Part shown: positions 1 to 10,540 of the stretch, piece after piece
Position numbering within the stretch: the stretch's first letter is position 1
Layout: the number at the start of each line of letters is the position of its first letter
Origin: a virus
Reading direction: 5' to 3' (one strand)
Length of the DNA: 60,204 nucleotides
IMG/VR virus record: IMGVR_UViG_3300036944_000689
Coordinates: 1-60,204 of that record
The notes under the pieces: generated by a model
What the model was told of the DNA's origin: nothing
Databases searched by the model: none
What the model saw: the letters and a program-made list of their open reading frames with translations, nothing else
Program-made: the position numbers and the translations under genes

Positions 1-127
1 ATTGACGGCGTGACCGACGGGCTCACCGGCCGTGACCGCAGCGTTCCCGCGCCTGCTTCCCTGGGTGTGCCCGGAGAGGCATTCGGCGGGCTGTTCCCTG
101 GCTCCTACCGCTACCACCTGACGCATG
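1..127. repeat. Terminal overlap: 1-127 is identical to 60078-60204 (circular closure, unique length 60077 bp)
   Basis: Read directly: attgacggcgtgaccgacggg...ctaccacctgacgcatg occurs at both ends. It lies inside an ORF that stays in frame across the junction. Confidence 0.95.
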
Positions 128-843
128 TGCGTCTGTCGGACCGGCTGGAAAGCCCGGCCATCAGTTCTGAGCCCATCGCCATCAACAACGGGTTCCGATT
201 GGACGGCCTTCCGCAGCTGGACGGCCACGCCATCAATGTGTACCTGAGCGGCTTGGACGGGGAGGGCGGCTACCTTGCGGGCACCACCACCACGGGGAGC
301 TTTGAGTACACCGGCAACAACGCGGCGCTGGTGCTGCCCTGCCGCACGCTGGGTGCGCTGCCGTTCCCGGTGGGCACATACACGGCGTTCTGGCGCGGCC
401 GGGTTCTCACGGCCGTAGGCAACACGCTTTGGGCCTGCCGCCCGAGCGCGCTGCACCTGTCTGACTGGCGCGACTTCAAGCAGCTGGTGGGCGGCATCAC
501 CGCAGTGCAACCCGTGGACGACGGGATCTATGTGGGCACCGACAAGGATTTGATTTTCCTGGCTGGCACCACCTGGGACACCCTGGCCCATGTACCGACC
601 CTGCGCGGGCCAGTGGTGCATGGTTCTGGAGTCTCTGCCCCAGGCGACCGCCTGAAACTTGGCGACGGCACGGGCGGCGGTACAGCCATGCTGTGCATTG
701 CAGGTGGCGAGGTGGTGGCCGGGTTCAATGGCGGCCAGACCTCCAGCCTGACCGGCGACCGCTACAAGACGACAGCCACCGAGGTGTGCACGACCTTCCG
801 CGAGATTGATGGCATCCCCCAATACATCGCGGTTCCGCAATGA
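1..843 (+). CDS. C-terminal part of a junction-spanning virion/tail protein (about 392 aa in total with 59742-60077)
   Basis: Open frame from base 1 (track ORF 10..843) is in phase with the ATG at 59742. The stop overlaps the next start (ATGA at 840). Sits in the tail module. Confidence 0.7.
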   Translation: MDGVTDGLTGRDRSVPAPASLGVPGEAFGGLFPGSYRYHLTHVRLSDRLESPAISSEPIAINNGFRLDGLPQLDGHAINVYLSGLDGEGGYLAGTTTTGSFEYTGNNAALVLPCRTLGALPFPVGTYTAFWRGRVLTAVGNTLWACRPSALHLSDWRDFKQLVGGITAVQPVDDGIYVGTDKDLIFLAGTTWDTLAHVPTLRGPVVHGSGVSAPGDRLKLGDGTGGGTAMLCIAGGEVVAGFNGGQTSSLTGDRYKTTATEVCTTFREIDGIPQYIAVPQ

Positions 844-2819
844 GCAACATCCGCAACCCGTTTGTGTTCACTCCCACGGGCCAGGCTATGCCCGTGGCAG
901 CGCCGCCCGTGCTGCGGGTGATGGAGGGCCGCGCCACGGCCGAGCAGCTGGACATGGCGCAGAAGGTGTTTCACCAGTTCTGCACCCGCGCCCGGCTGTC
1001 GGTGGTGCCGAACCCGCGAGAGGGTGGGTTTTTGCCAGATGGATCGCGCTACGAAATCAACGTGGTGGGCACAGTGCAAACCATGCTGCTGTGGCCGGTG
1101 GGCAGCGGCGGCGGCGCGTTCATCGCGTGGACGGCGTTTTTCAATTCTTCGCATCTGCCCATCTGGGAACGGCCACTGGTTGACTTTCCGTATGACGACC
1201 TGCCGCCCAGGCCAGAGCCGCCTGGGCCTGAGCCTGAGTATCCACCGCTTGCAGAGGCGTATGCCTTTGCGACGATTACGGGATTGCCGGTGACATTCCC
1301 GGTGGGCCTTCATCGTGTCTCGAAGCTTTATATCGGATGGGGGTTGTTGACCGACGAGCCAACCCTGATTGCTGAGGGGTCATGGATTGTCACGGAAATA
1401 GGCAGGGTTACCACTGAATTTGTTGACTATGGGTACTACCGGCATGTCCGCACTAACTATTACACCGGAAGCGACTTCTACGAGTCTGTGACAGTTCAGA
1501 ACCTTGTGGCAGGCGCCTTGAACTATTACAACGAGGATATAGATGGCAGTAACTACAATCCTGTCACCCCATCGCGGACAAGTGTGGCGGGGATGTACGA
1601 CGCAGCCGCCGCCGCAGCAGCAGCTTACAACGCAGGCGCTATCTCTGCATGGGAAGCTGCTCATGCCGCCTGGAGCGTAGCCCAGGGCCAATACCTCACC
1701 GCCCTGGCTGAATGGACCGAGCAGCGCGAAGTCCTGCTGGCACTGCAGCGCCCCTGGTTTCCGGTGCAAGACGCCCGCAACGCGGCCAGGCCATCCCAGG
1801 TGGCAGCCGTCAAAGCCCACCTTATGGGCGGCATTGGTGACCGGCACCTGACGGCGCGCATCCTGTCCTTCCCCTACAACGTGGCGTACCGCTCCATACC
1901 GGCCCCAGGGGCGGGCGGCACTATCACGAATGAATCAGTTTCTACTTCGACGCTGCTGTCGTTCAGGACGACGCTGACCAACGCGCAGCCGTTCACAACG
2001 ATCCCGCGATGGGACGATGGCGACAACGATATGTACCCCGAGCGCCTGCTGCGCGTGGATTTCATGCCGCCCGAGAACCTGTTTGGCTGGACGGCCAACG
2101 GGTCGGCCCAGTACGGCTACCGGTTCCACATGGAGAACCCGCGCACCGAGCATTACGTGCTGATGCCGCCGGGGCTGAACGGCATCACGGCCACGGTGCC
2201 CGATGGCTACTTTGCAGACACGCGGATCGTGCCAGACAACTCGCCCGGACTGGTGGTGTCGTCTGATGCCTTCGTGCCCGTGGGTTCCACGGTGACGGTG
2301 GTGCTGTTTGAGTACCGCGTGGCTGACCCCTACACGGGCGCCATGTACTGGACTGGGTGCCCGGACTTGATGCTGCACGACAGCATCTGGATCAGGGACG
2401 CGGGGGTCTATATCGATGTCCCACGGGTGGTGGACGAGCTTTTCACAGAGCGCGTGCGGATTGCGGGCGTCATCACCCAAAAGCGCACGGCGTGGGGTAC
2501 GTGGTCCGCTCCCTTAGAAACGCCACGCGCCAAGCTGGTGCAGGGCGGCTGGGATGCGCGCTACGTGGCGGCGGTGGAATACGTGCGCCCGGCCAAGGCC
2601 CCGGCCGCCGTGGTGATCGTGGAAAACCTGGCTGCTGGCGCTAACCCGGCCAGCACGCAGGTTGGCACGTTCCACATGAATGCCACGTTCCTCTGGAATG
2701 GGGATGCGCAGGCCATCACCAAGGCCAAAGGGGCGCCATGGGTTGCCGACGCGGCCCTGGCCCCGCAAAAGCAGTTCATTGTCCGCGCCCTGATCGCCAC
2801 AGGAAAGATCAAGCCATGA
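840..2819 (+). CDS. Large virion structural (tail-associated) protein, 659 aa
   Basis: Track ORF with ATGA coupling at both ends and GC-rich third codon positions. Position in the tail module. No recognisable domain. Confidence 0.7.
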   Translation: MSNIRNPFVFTPTGQAMPVAAPPVLRVMEGRATAEQLDMAQKVFHQFCTRARLSVVPNPREGGFLPDGSRYEINVVGTVQTMLLWPVGSGGGAFIAWTAFFNSSHLPIWERPLVDFPYDDLPPRPEPPGPEPEYPPLAEAYAFATITGLPVTFPVGLHRVSKLYIGWGLLTDEPTLIAEGSWIVTEIGRVTTEFVDYGYYRHVRTNYYTGSDFYESVTVQNLVAGALNYYNEDIDGSNYNPVTPSRTSVAGMYDAAAAAAAAYNAGAISAWEAAHAAWSVAQGQYLTALAEWTEQREVLLALQRPWFPVQDARNAARPSQVAAVKAHLMGGIGDRHLTARILSFPYNVAYRSIPAPGAGGTITNESVSTSTLLSFRTTLTNAQPFTTIPRWDDGDNDMYPERLLRVDFMPPENLFGWTANGSAQYGYRFHMENPRTEHYVLMPPGLNGITATVPDGYFADTRIVPDNSPGLVVSSDAFVPVGSTVTVVLFEYRVADPYTGAMYWTGCPDLMLHDSIWIRDAGVYIDVPRVVDELFTERVRIAGVITQKRTAWGTWSAPLETPRAKLVQGGWDARYVAAVEYVRPAKAPAAVVIVENLAAGANPASTQVGTFHMNATFLWNGDAQAITKAKGAPWVADAALAPQKQFIVRALIATGKIKP

Positions 2820-3253
2820 ATGCCATTGTCTGCAACACGATCAGCGGCGCGGTGACGGAATACACGCGCTTTGCTTTTCAGAGCATCACACCCACGCACG
2901 GCGGTTCAGCAACCGGGCTCTATGCGTTCGGTGGGGATACCGATGACGGCTTGGCCATCGTGTCGAACATCCGACTCCCCGCCACGCTGCGCGAGTCCAC
3001 GCTGAAACATGCGCTGGAGATGGTCTACCTCTCCATGCGCGGCTGCGGGAGCGCGCGGTTTACGGTGCACGGTGCCCAGCAAAGCTGGCATTACCCGTTC
3101 CCGATGCGCTCCAGCGGGCAGACACGGTGCCCCGTGGGGCGTGGCATCCGCGAGAACTATCTGGGCTTTGGCTTGAGTAATCCGGCCGGGCAGGCTTTCA
3201 CGCTGGATCGCGTTGAAGTCCTCAATCGTCAATCGAAAACACGGAGGGTCTAA
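2816..3253 (+). CDS. Hypothetical virion-module protein, 145 aa
   Basis: ATG at 2816 overlaps the upstream TGA (ATGA). This is an internal Met of track ORF 2738..3253. Confidence 0.6.
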   Translation: MNAIVCNTISGAVTEYTRFAFQSITPTHGGSATGLYAFGGDTDDGLAIVSNIRLPATLRESTLKHALEMVYLSMRGCGSARFTVHGAQQSWHYPFPMRSSGQTRCPVGRGIRENYLGFGLSNPAGQAFTLDRVEVLNRQSKTRRV

Positions 3254-3255
3254 CC

Positions 3256-5058
3256 ATGGCCGACGCAACCAGCAGCGCAGCAGAAATCGTCAACGACAAA
3301 TACGACCGGTCCATTGACCTTGCCGATGCCGCGACGGCAGCGGTCGAAGGGTTCCAGGTGGCGCTGAATGCCAGCGTGTACCAGCCGCCCACCATGAGCA
3401 TCACATGGAACACCCTTGCCGCGCCCGTCCTGCCGCCCATCCCGGATTTGCCAGAGTTGCCAGAGATTGCCCTGGCCATCCCAGGCGGTATGCCGTCCGC
3501 GCTGACGGACACCGTGGGCAATGCGACGATCGATGATTTTGACGTGGAGATGCCGACGCTGAATTTCGGCGTGGCACCCACCCTGAACATTGGCACGTCG
3601 CCGACGCTGCCCGAGGTGCGGGATGTGGCCTTGCCAGATGCACCCACGGTCATCCTGCCGGATGCCCCGGAGTTCCTGACGCTGCAGGCCCACAGCTTCG
3701 GTGGTATCAATCTGCACGAAGACTGGTTGGACAAGCTGGACGACATTCCGGAACTATCGGTTTTGCAGCCCGCGCCGTTCGCCTATTCGCCCGGCGCGCG
3801 GTACGCCAGCCAATTGCTGGACAACCTCAAAGCCACGCTGAATGCTCGCATCCAGGGTGGAACCGGGCTGGCCCCGGCTGTCGAGCAGGCGATCTGGGAC
3901 CGCTCGCGCGACCGCGAAACGCAGATTGCCCTGGCGAAAGAGCAGGAGGTTCTGCGTGCATCCGAAGCGCTGGGTTTCGCGCTGCCATCGGGTGTGCTGG
4001 CCGGGCAACTGGCAGATGCACGCCGCGAGTACAACGACAAGTTGTCCGGCCTGTCGCGCGATGTCGCCATCAAGCAAGCCGAGCTTGAGCAGGCCAATTT
4101 GCAGCAGGCGACGACGCTGGCGCTGCAACTGGAATCCACTCTTTTGGATGATGCCTACAAGCTGGAAGTGCTGGCCGTGGACCTTGCCAAGACCGCCGCC
4201 GACAACGCCATCGCCTGCCACAACGCAGCGCTGGAGCAGTACAAAGCCTTGCTGGCGGGGTATCAGGCCTACGCATCGGCCTATCAGACTGTCATTCAGG
4301 CCGAGTTGAACAAGGTCGAGGTGTTCAAGGCTCTGCTGCAGGCCGAGCAGACCAAGGCCGATATCAATAGGTCCAAGGTAGAGCGCTACAAGGCCGAGAT
4401 AGAAGGCGCAATGGCCGCCGTGCAAATCTACCAAGCCCGCGTGGGAGCCGCAAAAACGCTGGTGGAACTGGAGGGCACGCGCATTCAGGCAGGTGCCGAG
4501 CAGGTCAAAGCCTTTGTTGCCACGGTCAATGCCGAAACCGCGAAGTCGGAGATGTACAAGGCTACGATCAGCGCAGAGGCTACCAAGGTCGAAGCCGTGG
4601 GCACGCTGGCCCGCGCCTACGGTGCAAAGGTTGGCGCCCAGGCAGAGCGCGCGCGTGTGGAGATTGCCAAGCTACAGGTCAAGCTGGCCGCAAAGGGGTT
4701 GGAGTGGGACGGCTGGAAGGCTCAACTTTCGGCGGCATCCGCTCAGGTCGAAGCAGCCGCGCGCAGTTCGGCGGTGATGGTGGACGGCTACCGCGCCGGG
4801 GCGAGTGCCGCAGAAGCTCAGGCTGGAGCTGTCTCTCGCGTTTGGGAGTCGACCATGAAGCAATACGAGGCAGGCAAAAGCATTGCCGCCCAGGTTGCCA
4901 AGGCCAACACTGACGCTGTTCTGCACGCGAACGATGCCCGCATGGAGGCCGCGAAGGTGGGGCTCACCACGTCATCGCAGCGCCTGGCCAGTGCATGGGC
5001 CATGGTCAGCGCAAATGCTTCGATCAGCGGCAGCGCATCGCTCAGCCAGACGATTTGA
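3256..5058 (+). CDS. Ala/Gln/Glu-rich coiled-coil virion protein, 600 aa
   Basis: Track ORF. Long alpha-helical low-complexity sequence (AAxxAQ-type heptads) typical of internal, ejection or measure-like proteins. Confidence 0.65.
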   Translation: MADATSSAAEIVNDKYDRSIDLADAATAAVEGFQVALNASVYQPPTMSITWNTLAAPVLPPIPDLPELPEIALAIPGGMPSALTDTVGNATIDDFDVEMPTLNFGVAPTLNIGTSPTLPEVRDVALPDAPTVILPDAPEFLTLQAHSFGGINLHEDWLDKLDDIPELSVLQPAPFAYSPGARYASQLLDNLKATLNARIQGGTGLAPAVEQAIWDRSRDRETQIALAKEQEVLRASEALGFALPSGVLAGQLADARREYNDKLSGLSRDVAIKQAELEQANLQQATTLALQLESTLLDDAYKLEVLAVDLAKTAADNAIACHNAALEQYKALLAGYQAYASAYQTVIQAELNKVEVFKALLQAEQTKADINRSKVERYKAEIEGAMAAVQIYQARVGAAKTLVELEGTRIQAGAEQVKAFVATVNAETAKSEMYKATISAEATKVEAVGTLARAYGAKVGAQAERARVEIAKLQVKLAAKGLEWDGWKAQLSAASAQVEAAARSSAVMVDGYRAGASAAEAQAGAVSRVWESTMKQYEAGKSIAAQVAKANTDAVLHANDARMEAAKVGLTTSSQRLASAWAMVSANASISGSASLSQTI

Positions 5059-5071
5059 TCCTGGCGCCAAA

Positions 5072-5113
5072 CCCCCAGTAGGGTTAGCGCCAAAGGGCGG
5101 GCGCCGGAACACT
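5072..5113 (+). promoter_or_regulatory. Copy 1 of the bipartite late motif (CCCCCAGTAGGGTT-N18-CCGGAACACT)
   Basis: Exact 14-mer at 5072-5085 and exact 10-mer at 5104-5113. ATG 5121 lies 7 nt after AACACT. Confidence 0.55.
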
Positions 5114-5120
5114 GCGGGGC

Positions 5121-5558
5121 ATGACGATCACGCCCGCCAGTCTCAACCTGCCCATCATCCAAGGCGCCACCTTTGATGAGGCGTTGGAGCGCAGCTTTTT
5201 CCCGTACGACACCGAATGGGTTTGCGGCCAGCTTGTCCGGGCCGACACGGGCGCGCCAGTCAATGAGGCTGACCGCGTGCTGGAGAACTACACAGGCTGC
5301 TCTGCGGAGGTGCAGCTGCGGCACCCTGAAACCAATGCGCTGATCAAGACACTCTCCACGGCCAATTCCGGCATTGTGCTTGATGCCAACACGCTGCGGC
5401 TGCTCATAAGCCACACCGACACCGCAGCGCTGGTGTACGGGGAAACAGCCCCGGCGTGGACGTATGCCGTTGGACACGTCGAAGTCACGCGCGCTGACGG
5501 CACCCGCGAGCGCCAATACTCGATCACCTTCCCTCTGAACCCGGAGCTGACGGTGTGA
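5121..5558 (+). CDS. Hypothetical tail-module protein, 145 aa
   Basis: Track ORF. Its stop overlaps the GTG/ATG region of the next gene. No SD before the ATG (candidate leaderless start). Confidence 0.6.
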   Translation: MTITPASLNLPIIQGATFDEALERSFFPYDTEWVCGQLVRADTGAPVNEADRVLENYTGCSAEVQLRHPETNALIKTLSTANSGIVLDANTLRLLISHTDTAALVYGETAPAWTYAVGHVEVTRADGTRERQYSITFPLNPELTV

Positions 5559-6577
5559 GCACGGTAGTCGAGCCGTCGCCTGATCCAGTTGTCGTACGGC
5601 AAACCGCATCGGTTGTCGTTGTGGTGGTGCGCACCCGTGCGGTTGTGGTTACGCCACAGCTCGGCCGTGGTTCCGTGGTGGTTTCTCGAGGGGCTCCCGG
5701 CCTGCGTGGAGCTACAGGCGCGACCGGGGCGACTGGACCCATAGGTGCGACAGGCGCATCGGGCACCGGCATCAACCTCATTGGCGAACTGGCAAACACG
5801 GGGCTTCTGCCGCCTACGGCGTATTTTGGCGATGCCTACGTTATCAACGACCGAGTTTGGTCCTTTACCGAGAGTGATGGATGGATTGACGCGGGCCCGA
5901 TTGGCGCGCGCGGTGCCACGGGGGCGACGGGAGCCACAGGAGCTACAGGAGCCACAGGCCCTGCTGGGGCGACAGGTGCAACGGGCTCTGTTGGATCTAT
6001 TGGGCCAACAGGTGTCACGGGGACGGCTGGCAGCACTGGGGCTACGGGTGCGACGGGTGCCACGGGCAGCGCTGGCGTTACCGGCAGCACGGGAGCAACG
6101 GGGGGCACTGGTCCAACGGGAGCTACAGGACCTAATGGGGCGACTGGCGCAACCGGCCCGGCCGGTCCCACTGGAGCCACTGGCAGCGCTGGCGTGGCCG
6201 GATCTACTGGGCCGACTGGTGCGACGGGATCTGCTGGAGCTACTGGGTCAACAGGCCCTACCGGGGCGACTGGGCCGAACGACCCACTTGTTGGTGCGGA
6301 CACCCCACCCTCAACACCCTACCTATGGCAACGCTGGTACTGCACGCTGGATTTCACGGAGTACGTCTACTACCCCAATGAAGGCAGCCCGGCGTGGGTG
6401 CCCGCAACAGCCGTGACAGTTGGCGCAACAGGTGCAACAGGTGCAACAGGCGTAGCCGGAACACAGGGCACCTACACCCAATCCACCCGCCCCACTGCAA
6501 CAGGACCGTGGACATGGTGGGTTACAGACCCTGCAACTGGCGTCATTACTGATTTAGTAGTCAACGACGGGACGTAA
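5555..6577 (+). CDS. Collagen-like (Gly-X-Y) tail fibre protein, 340 aa
   Basis: GAT/GPT/GSA triplet runs at aa 46-72, 114-242 and near the C-terminus. Phage-fibre-like [12 protein letters not shown] segment. Confidence 0.8.
   Translation: MSTVVEPSPDPVVVRQTASVVVVVVRTRAVVVTPQLGRGSVVVSRGAPGLRGATGATGATGPIGATGASGTGINLIGELANTGLLPPTAYFGDAYVINDRVWSFTESDGWIDAGPIGARGATGATGATGATGATGPAGATGATGSVGSIGPTGVTGTAGSTGATGATGATGSAGVTGSTGATGGTGPTGATGPNGATGATGPAGPTGATGSAGVAGSTGPTGATGSAGATGSTGPTGATGPNDPLVGADTPPSTPYLWQRWYCTLDFTEYVYYPNEGSPAWVPATAVTVGATGATGATGVAGTQGTYTQSTRPTATGPWTWWVTDPATGVITDLVVNDGT
5894..6280 (+). repeat. 9-bp-periodic coding repeat (43 consecutive Gly-X-Y triplets)
   Basis: GGN-GCN-ACN periodicity read in the sequence. 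It generates stop-free frames on both strands. Confidence 0.9.
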
Positions 6578-6579
6578 AC

Positions 6580-6867
6580 ATGGATCAAACACCACTAGCA
6601 GGCATCGCCAAAGACACGTCGGTGGGCGAGAGCAGCAGGCTTGCCCGCATCGTTGCGCGCGTGCTCAGTGCCGCCAGCAATGCACTTGGCCAGTTGCGCG
6701 TGAGCGTGGACAACACGCCCAACGTGGGCACTGTGACCACCATCACCACAGTTGCCACCGTGACCACTGCAAACAACCTTGTCCAGGTGGGCGGCATCCC
6801 CGCAGCGCTTGATCAGTATTACCTCAGCCGCTCCGCCGCCAGCGGTGTGCGCAGTCGCATCAGCTAA
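6580..6867 (+). CDS. Hypothetical tail-module protein, 95 aa
   Basis: Track ORF starting 3 nt after the upstream stop. Contains a Thr/Val-rich segment. Confidence 0.55.
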   Translation: MDQTPLAGIAKDTSVGESSRLARIVARVLSAASNALGQLRVSVDNTPNVGTVTTITTVATVTTANNLVQVGGIPAALDQYYLSRSAASGVRSRIS

Positions 6868-6878
6868 GGACTTGAGCC

Positions 6879-8330
6879 ATGCCCACCAGCACCAACAAAA
6901 AATTGCTTGACCAAAAATTGTGGGAGCTGTGCATGCCGTGCCCGGTAAGCACATCGGCTAACACTTTCACGGTCAACTCCGAGGGGCCCGACCAGTCCAT
7001 CATGTACGTGGCCAGCGCCACCGTGGCGCTGATATATGACCCCTTTGAAGACGCTTGGGGCTACCTTCCAAGCCCCGCCCTTGCTGGCACTTTTGGCGCT
7101 GGCGCTTGTGGGCGCTACATCGCTACCGGCCCCAGCGGGACGGCTACCGCTGGCAGCGCCACCAGTTTGACCACCAACCTGACCCTGTTGGCCAACCTGG
7201 CGCCCAAAGCGGGCCGCCATTTCAAAGGGTTTGTGACGGGTGGCACTGGGGCGGGGCAGTATTTTGAGATCGAGAGCAACACCACTGGCACGGCCAATGC
7301 TGTGTTGACCATCCGAAAGCCCGGTGTGGCCGCTGGGCTGGATACTGCGCTTGACGCCACCAGCACCTACGTGCTCTACACCGGTCGCTTTGTGGTGGTC
7401 AGTGCAGGCACCACGGCTGCGGGCTCCATCAAGTATTTCGACTACGCGCTGGGCACATGGACTGCTCTGGCCACCACCGGCTACCCCGCCACGGTTTCAG
7501 CCGAAATGAGATTGGTAGCTACGCCCAGCCAGTACACGAGCTTCCAAAGCGCTACCGCGACGAGCGCCACCGCAACCACCCTGGTGCTGAGCACGGCGTC
7601 ATGGACGGTCAACCAGTGGGCAAATTCGCAGGTGCGCATCACGGCTGGCACCGGAAGGGGGCAGATCCGCGCCATTACCAGCAACACCGCAACCACCCTG
7701 ACGGTGCCCACATGGACGACCACGCCCGACGCCACCAGCGTGTTTGTGATTGAGGGCTGCGACGACTATCTGTACGCCCTGGGCAATGGCGCAGTGGCCT
7801 TGTACCGCTACAGCTTTGCCAGCTCAACCTGGACGACGCTTTCCCCCACCACGGCGCGAGCCGCTGCGCCCGGCGCGGGCGCAAGCGCCCACTGGATTTA
7901 CGGCTGCACCGCACCCGGCTGGAGCAATACCAACGCCATCATCAACGGGCGGCGCATCTACAGCTTTCGGGGTGGCAACAGCGCCGTCCTGGATTATTTT
8001 GACTTGGCCTTGGTGACATGGGTCAACGGTGTGACCTATGGCCGCTCCAATGAGGCCGTGAACACGGGCGCAGGCTGGAGCTATGACGGGGTCAACCGCT
8101 TGCTGTGCAACATCAACCCCACCGCAGGTCAGCCTGCGCGCATTGTGGCAATGGACTTTTCCGAATACGCCATGGTGCCCGTTTCGGCCCTTGTCGTGCC
8201 GCAGGGCACCATCCTGGCAGGAGACCGAATGAGCGTCGTTACTTACGACGACGGTGTGGGATCGCCTCAGAAGTGGCTGTACTACCAGCACCACAGCAGC
8301 ACGATGCAGCACCGGCTGTGGGTGATTTAA
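6879..8330 (+). CDS. Tail/receptor-binding-module protein, 483 aa
   Basis: Track ORF between the two fibre genes. Repetitive Thr/Ser/Gly/Ala-rich composition. Confidence 0.65.
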   Translation: MPTSTNKKLLDQKLWELCMPCPVSTSANTFTVNSEGPDQSIMYVASATVALIYDPFEDAWGYLPSPALAGTFGAGACGRYIATGPSGTATAGSATSLTTNLTLLANLAPKAGRHFKGFVTGGTGAGQYFEIESNTTGTANAVLTIRKPGVAAGLDTALDATSTYVLYTGRFVVVSAGTTAAGSIKYFDYALGTWTALATTGYPATVSAEMRLVATPSQYTSFQSATATSATATTLVLSTASWTVNQWANSQVRITAGTGRGQIRAITSNTATTLTVPTWTTTPDATSVFVIEGCDDYLYALGNGAVALYRYSFASSTWTTLSPTTARAAAPGAGASAHWIYGCTAPGWSNTNAIINGRRIYSFRGGNSAVLDYFDLALVTWVNGVTYGRSNEAVNTGAGWSYDGVNRLLCNINPTAGQPARIVAMDFSEYAMVPVSALVVPQGTILAGDRMSVVTYDDGVGSPQKWLYYQHHSSTMQHRLWVI

Positions 8331-9971
8331 ATGACCTTCCCAGCTAACCCTACAACAGGACAAACAGAGACTGTCAACGGGCGGCGCTTCACGTTTGACG
8401 GCGTGAAGTGGGCAAGTGATGGCGCCGCCAGTGCCACGGGCGCAACCGGCGCAACCGGCGCCACGGGGGCTACTGGTGCTACCGGACCAACAGGCGCCAC
8501 GGGCAACGACGGCACGGCGGGCGCAACAGGACCGACGGGGCCAGCCGGTGCAACGGGCACAAACGGAACTGCTGGAGCTACAGGCGCGACTGGCGCGGCC
8601 GGAAATGATGGCGCTACCGGAGCAACTGGGCCCACCGGACCCACGGGGGCGACCGGGGCGAACGGCGCAGATGGGGCTGCAGGTAGTGATGGCGCCACGG
8701 GCGCAACTGGTCCGACTGGCGCTACAGGGGCTGATGGTGCGGCTGGAGCAACAGGAGCCACGGGTCCTACTGGGGCCACCGGCAATGATGGTGCGGACGG
8801 TGCTGATGGAGCTACTGGACCAACTGGCAGTACCGGCGCCACAGGGCCTACTGGCGCGACGGGTAACGACGGCGCAGACGGCGCCACAGGGCCAACGGGT
8901 CCAACAGGAGCTACCGGCGCGGACGGTGTTGATGGAAGTGACGGCCCGGCAGGTGCTACTGGAGCGACGGGGGCGACTGGTCCCACCGGGGCAACGGGAG
9001 CCACAGGAGCAACCGGGGCCACGGGTGGTGCTGCAGACATCGCTGCCGAGATTCACGCGGCCACCAGCAAGACCACTCCAGTAGATGCTGACGAGTTTGG
9101 CATTGTTGATAGTGCCGCGTCGAATGTCTTGAAGAAGCTCCCCTGGGCGAACCTCAAGGCAACGCTGCTTGCCTACTTCCAGGGATTGTTCCGCGAAAAG
9201 CTCACGGCGGCGCGCACGTACTGGGTGCGCACGGATGGCAGCGACAGCAACGACGGGCTTGCGAATACCAGTGGTAGTGCTTTCCTGACGGTTCAGAAAG
9301 CTATCGACGTTGCAAGCGCGCTCGACAACGGCGGATTCAACATCACGATCCAGCTGGGTAATGGCACCTACAGTGCAGGGGCTTCCCTCAAAAGCTTTGT
9401 AGGCTCTGGGCGGATCGTCATTCAAGGAAATTCGACCACGCCGGCAAATGTGCATGTGTCGGTTGCGTCTGGCAACGTGGTCGCTGGGGTAAGCGTTATC
9501 GGGGTGTACGAAATCAGCTACATGAAGTTGACAAGCGCCGCAGCGGGAAACCTAGTAAGCCTTTCTGGCGCGACGACGAGCGTAGTTTTGCGGGGCAACG
9601 TATATGGATCGGCAGGCGGCGGTACGGTCTACGCACACGTATCGGCGCAGAACAATGCCAGCGTTGATTTCGGAGCTGTGGCCTACGCGATAGACGGCGG
9701 CGCTGGATATCACTTGTACTCTTCAACCGGCGGGATCATCAACTGCAATGTACTGACTGTTACACTCACTGGCACGCCCGCTTTCGCCGGTGCATACGCC
9801 TACGCCTCGATGACAGGCATCACCCGTGCGGTATCCAACACCTACACAGGTGCCGCTACAGGCAAGCGGTACGAGGCGCTGTCAAACGGCATTGTCCAGA
9901 CGGCGGCAGGGGCTACGGTACTTCCGGGCGACGTGGCCGGAACAACCGCTACAGGGGGCCTCTACATATGA
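8331..9971 (+). CDS. Collagen-like tail fibre with a C-terminal right-handed beta-helix (pectate-lyase-like) domain, 546 aa
   Basis: N-terminus [24 protein letters not shown]. About 200 aa of Gly-X-Y. C-terminus [30 protein letters not shown] followed by Gly/Asn/Val-rich repeats. Confidence 0.8.
   Translation: MTFPANPTTGQTETVNGRRFTFDGVKWASDGAASATGATGATGATGATGATGPTGATGNDGTAGATGPTGPAGATGTNGTAGATGATGAAGNDGATGATGPTGPTGATGANGADGAAGSDGATGATGPTGATGADGAAGATGATGPTGATGNDGADGADGATGPTGSTGATGPTGATGNDGADGATGPTGPTGATGADGVDGSDGPAGATGATGATGPTGATGATGATGATGGAADIAAEIHAATSKTTPVDADEFGIVDSAASNVLKKLPWANLKATLLAYFQGLFREKLTAARTYWVRTDGSDSNDGLANTSGSAFLTVQKAIDVASALDNGGFNITIQLGNGTYSAGASLKSFVGSGRIVIQGNSTTPANVHVSVASGNVVAGVSVIGVYEISYMKLTSAAAGNLVSLSGATTSVVLRGNVYGSAGGGTVYAHVSAQNNASVDFGAVAYAIDGGAGYHLYSSTGGIINCNVLTVTLTGTPAFAGAYAYASMTGITRAVSNTYTGAATGKRYEALSNGIVQTAAGATVLPGDVAGTTATGGLYI
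8439..9030 (+). repeat. 9-bp-periodic coding repeat (about 197 aa of Gly-X-Y)
   Basis: Continuous GGN-NNN-NNN periodicity. It explains track ORFs 8327..9040(-), 8416..9084(+) and 7824..9455(-). Confidence 0.9.
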
Positions 9972-10540
9972 CCACCTACCAGCTCACCCACGAGGGTTAC
10001 GTCATCAAGGATGGCGACACCAAGGTGCCAACGGCAAAGGTTCCGGGCATTGACCCGCACCCCGAAACTCTGGCTTATGAAGCCTGGCTTAAGGCGGGCG
10101 GGGTGCCGCTGCCTGCAGAACTTCCACCCATCGCTGAACGCCGCGCTGCAGTGTGGGAGCGCATCAAAGCCGAGCGCGACCGCCGCGCCGCTCTGGGCGT
10201 GAAGGTTGGAGCGCACTGGTTCCACAGCGATCAGAAAAGCCGCACGCAGCAACTTGGGATGGTGCTGCTGGGGCAGAGTATCCCGGCTGGGCTGCAGTGG
10301 AAGACGCTCACGTTCACTCCACCGCCTGTCTTTGTGACCATGACCCCGGCCTTGGCTGTCGGCATCGTGCAGAGCACTGCCGCCAGTGATACGGCCATCT
10401 TCACCGCCGCCGAAGTGCACCGCATGACCATGGAGGCCAGCGCGACACCTCATGAATACGACTTTTCCACGGGCTGGCCCGTGTCCATTGAGGAGGAAGC
10501 CAATGAAGCGGGTATTCAGTTTGACGCGAGCGTACTTTGA
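9968..10540 (+). CDS. Tail fibre assembly/chaperone-like protein (DUF4376-like), 190 aa
   Basis: ATGA overlap with the fibre gene. [11 protein letters not shown]...G..V.G.WFHSD pattern as remembered for DUF4376. Positioned directly after a fibre gene. Confidence 0.55.
   Translation: MTTYQLTHEGYVIKDGDTKVPTAKVPGIDPHPETLAYEAWLKAGGVPLPAELPPIAERRAAVWERIKAERDRRAALGVKVGAHWFHSDQKSRTQQLGMVLLGQSIPAGLQWKTLTFTPPPVFVTMTPALAVGIVQSTAASDTAIFTAAEVHRMTMEASATPHEYDFSTGWPVSIEEEANEAGIQFDASVL

Noticed and set aside
5104-5113. Reading CCGGAACACT as an ECF-sigma -35 (GGAAC) or the upstream region as a sigma-54 promoter
   Set aside because: In three copies the ATG follows GGAAC by only 12 nt, which leaves no room for a -10 element. 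No TGGCAC-N5-TTGC pattern is present.
5690-9030. Periodic short repeats that could be mistaken for a CRISPR array or a non-coding tandem repeat
   Set aside because: The period is 9 bp with no spacers, and the repeats are in frame as collagen-like Gly-X-Y within long ORFs.
7824-9455. 543-aa minus-strand ORF, plus 8327..9040(-) and 8416..9084(+)
   Set aside because: These are by-products of the Gly-X-Y 9-bp periodicity of the fibre gene. They translate to Pro/Ala/Val or Arg/Gln repeats and have no start context.
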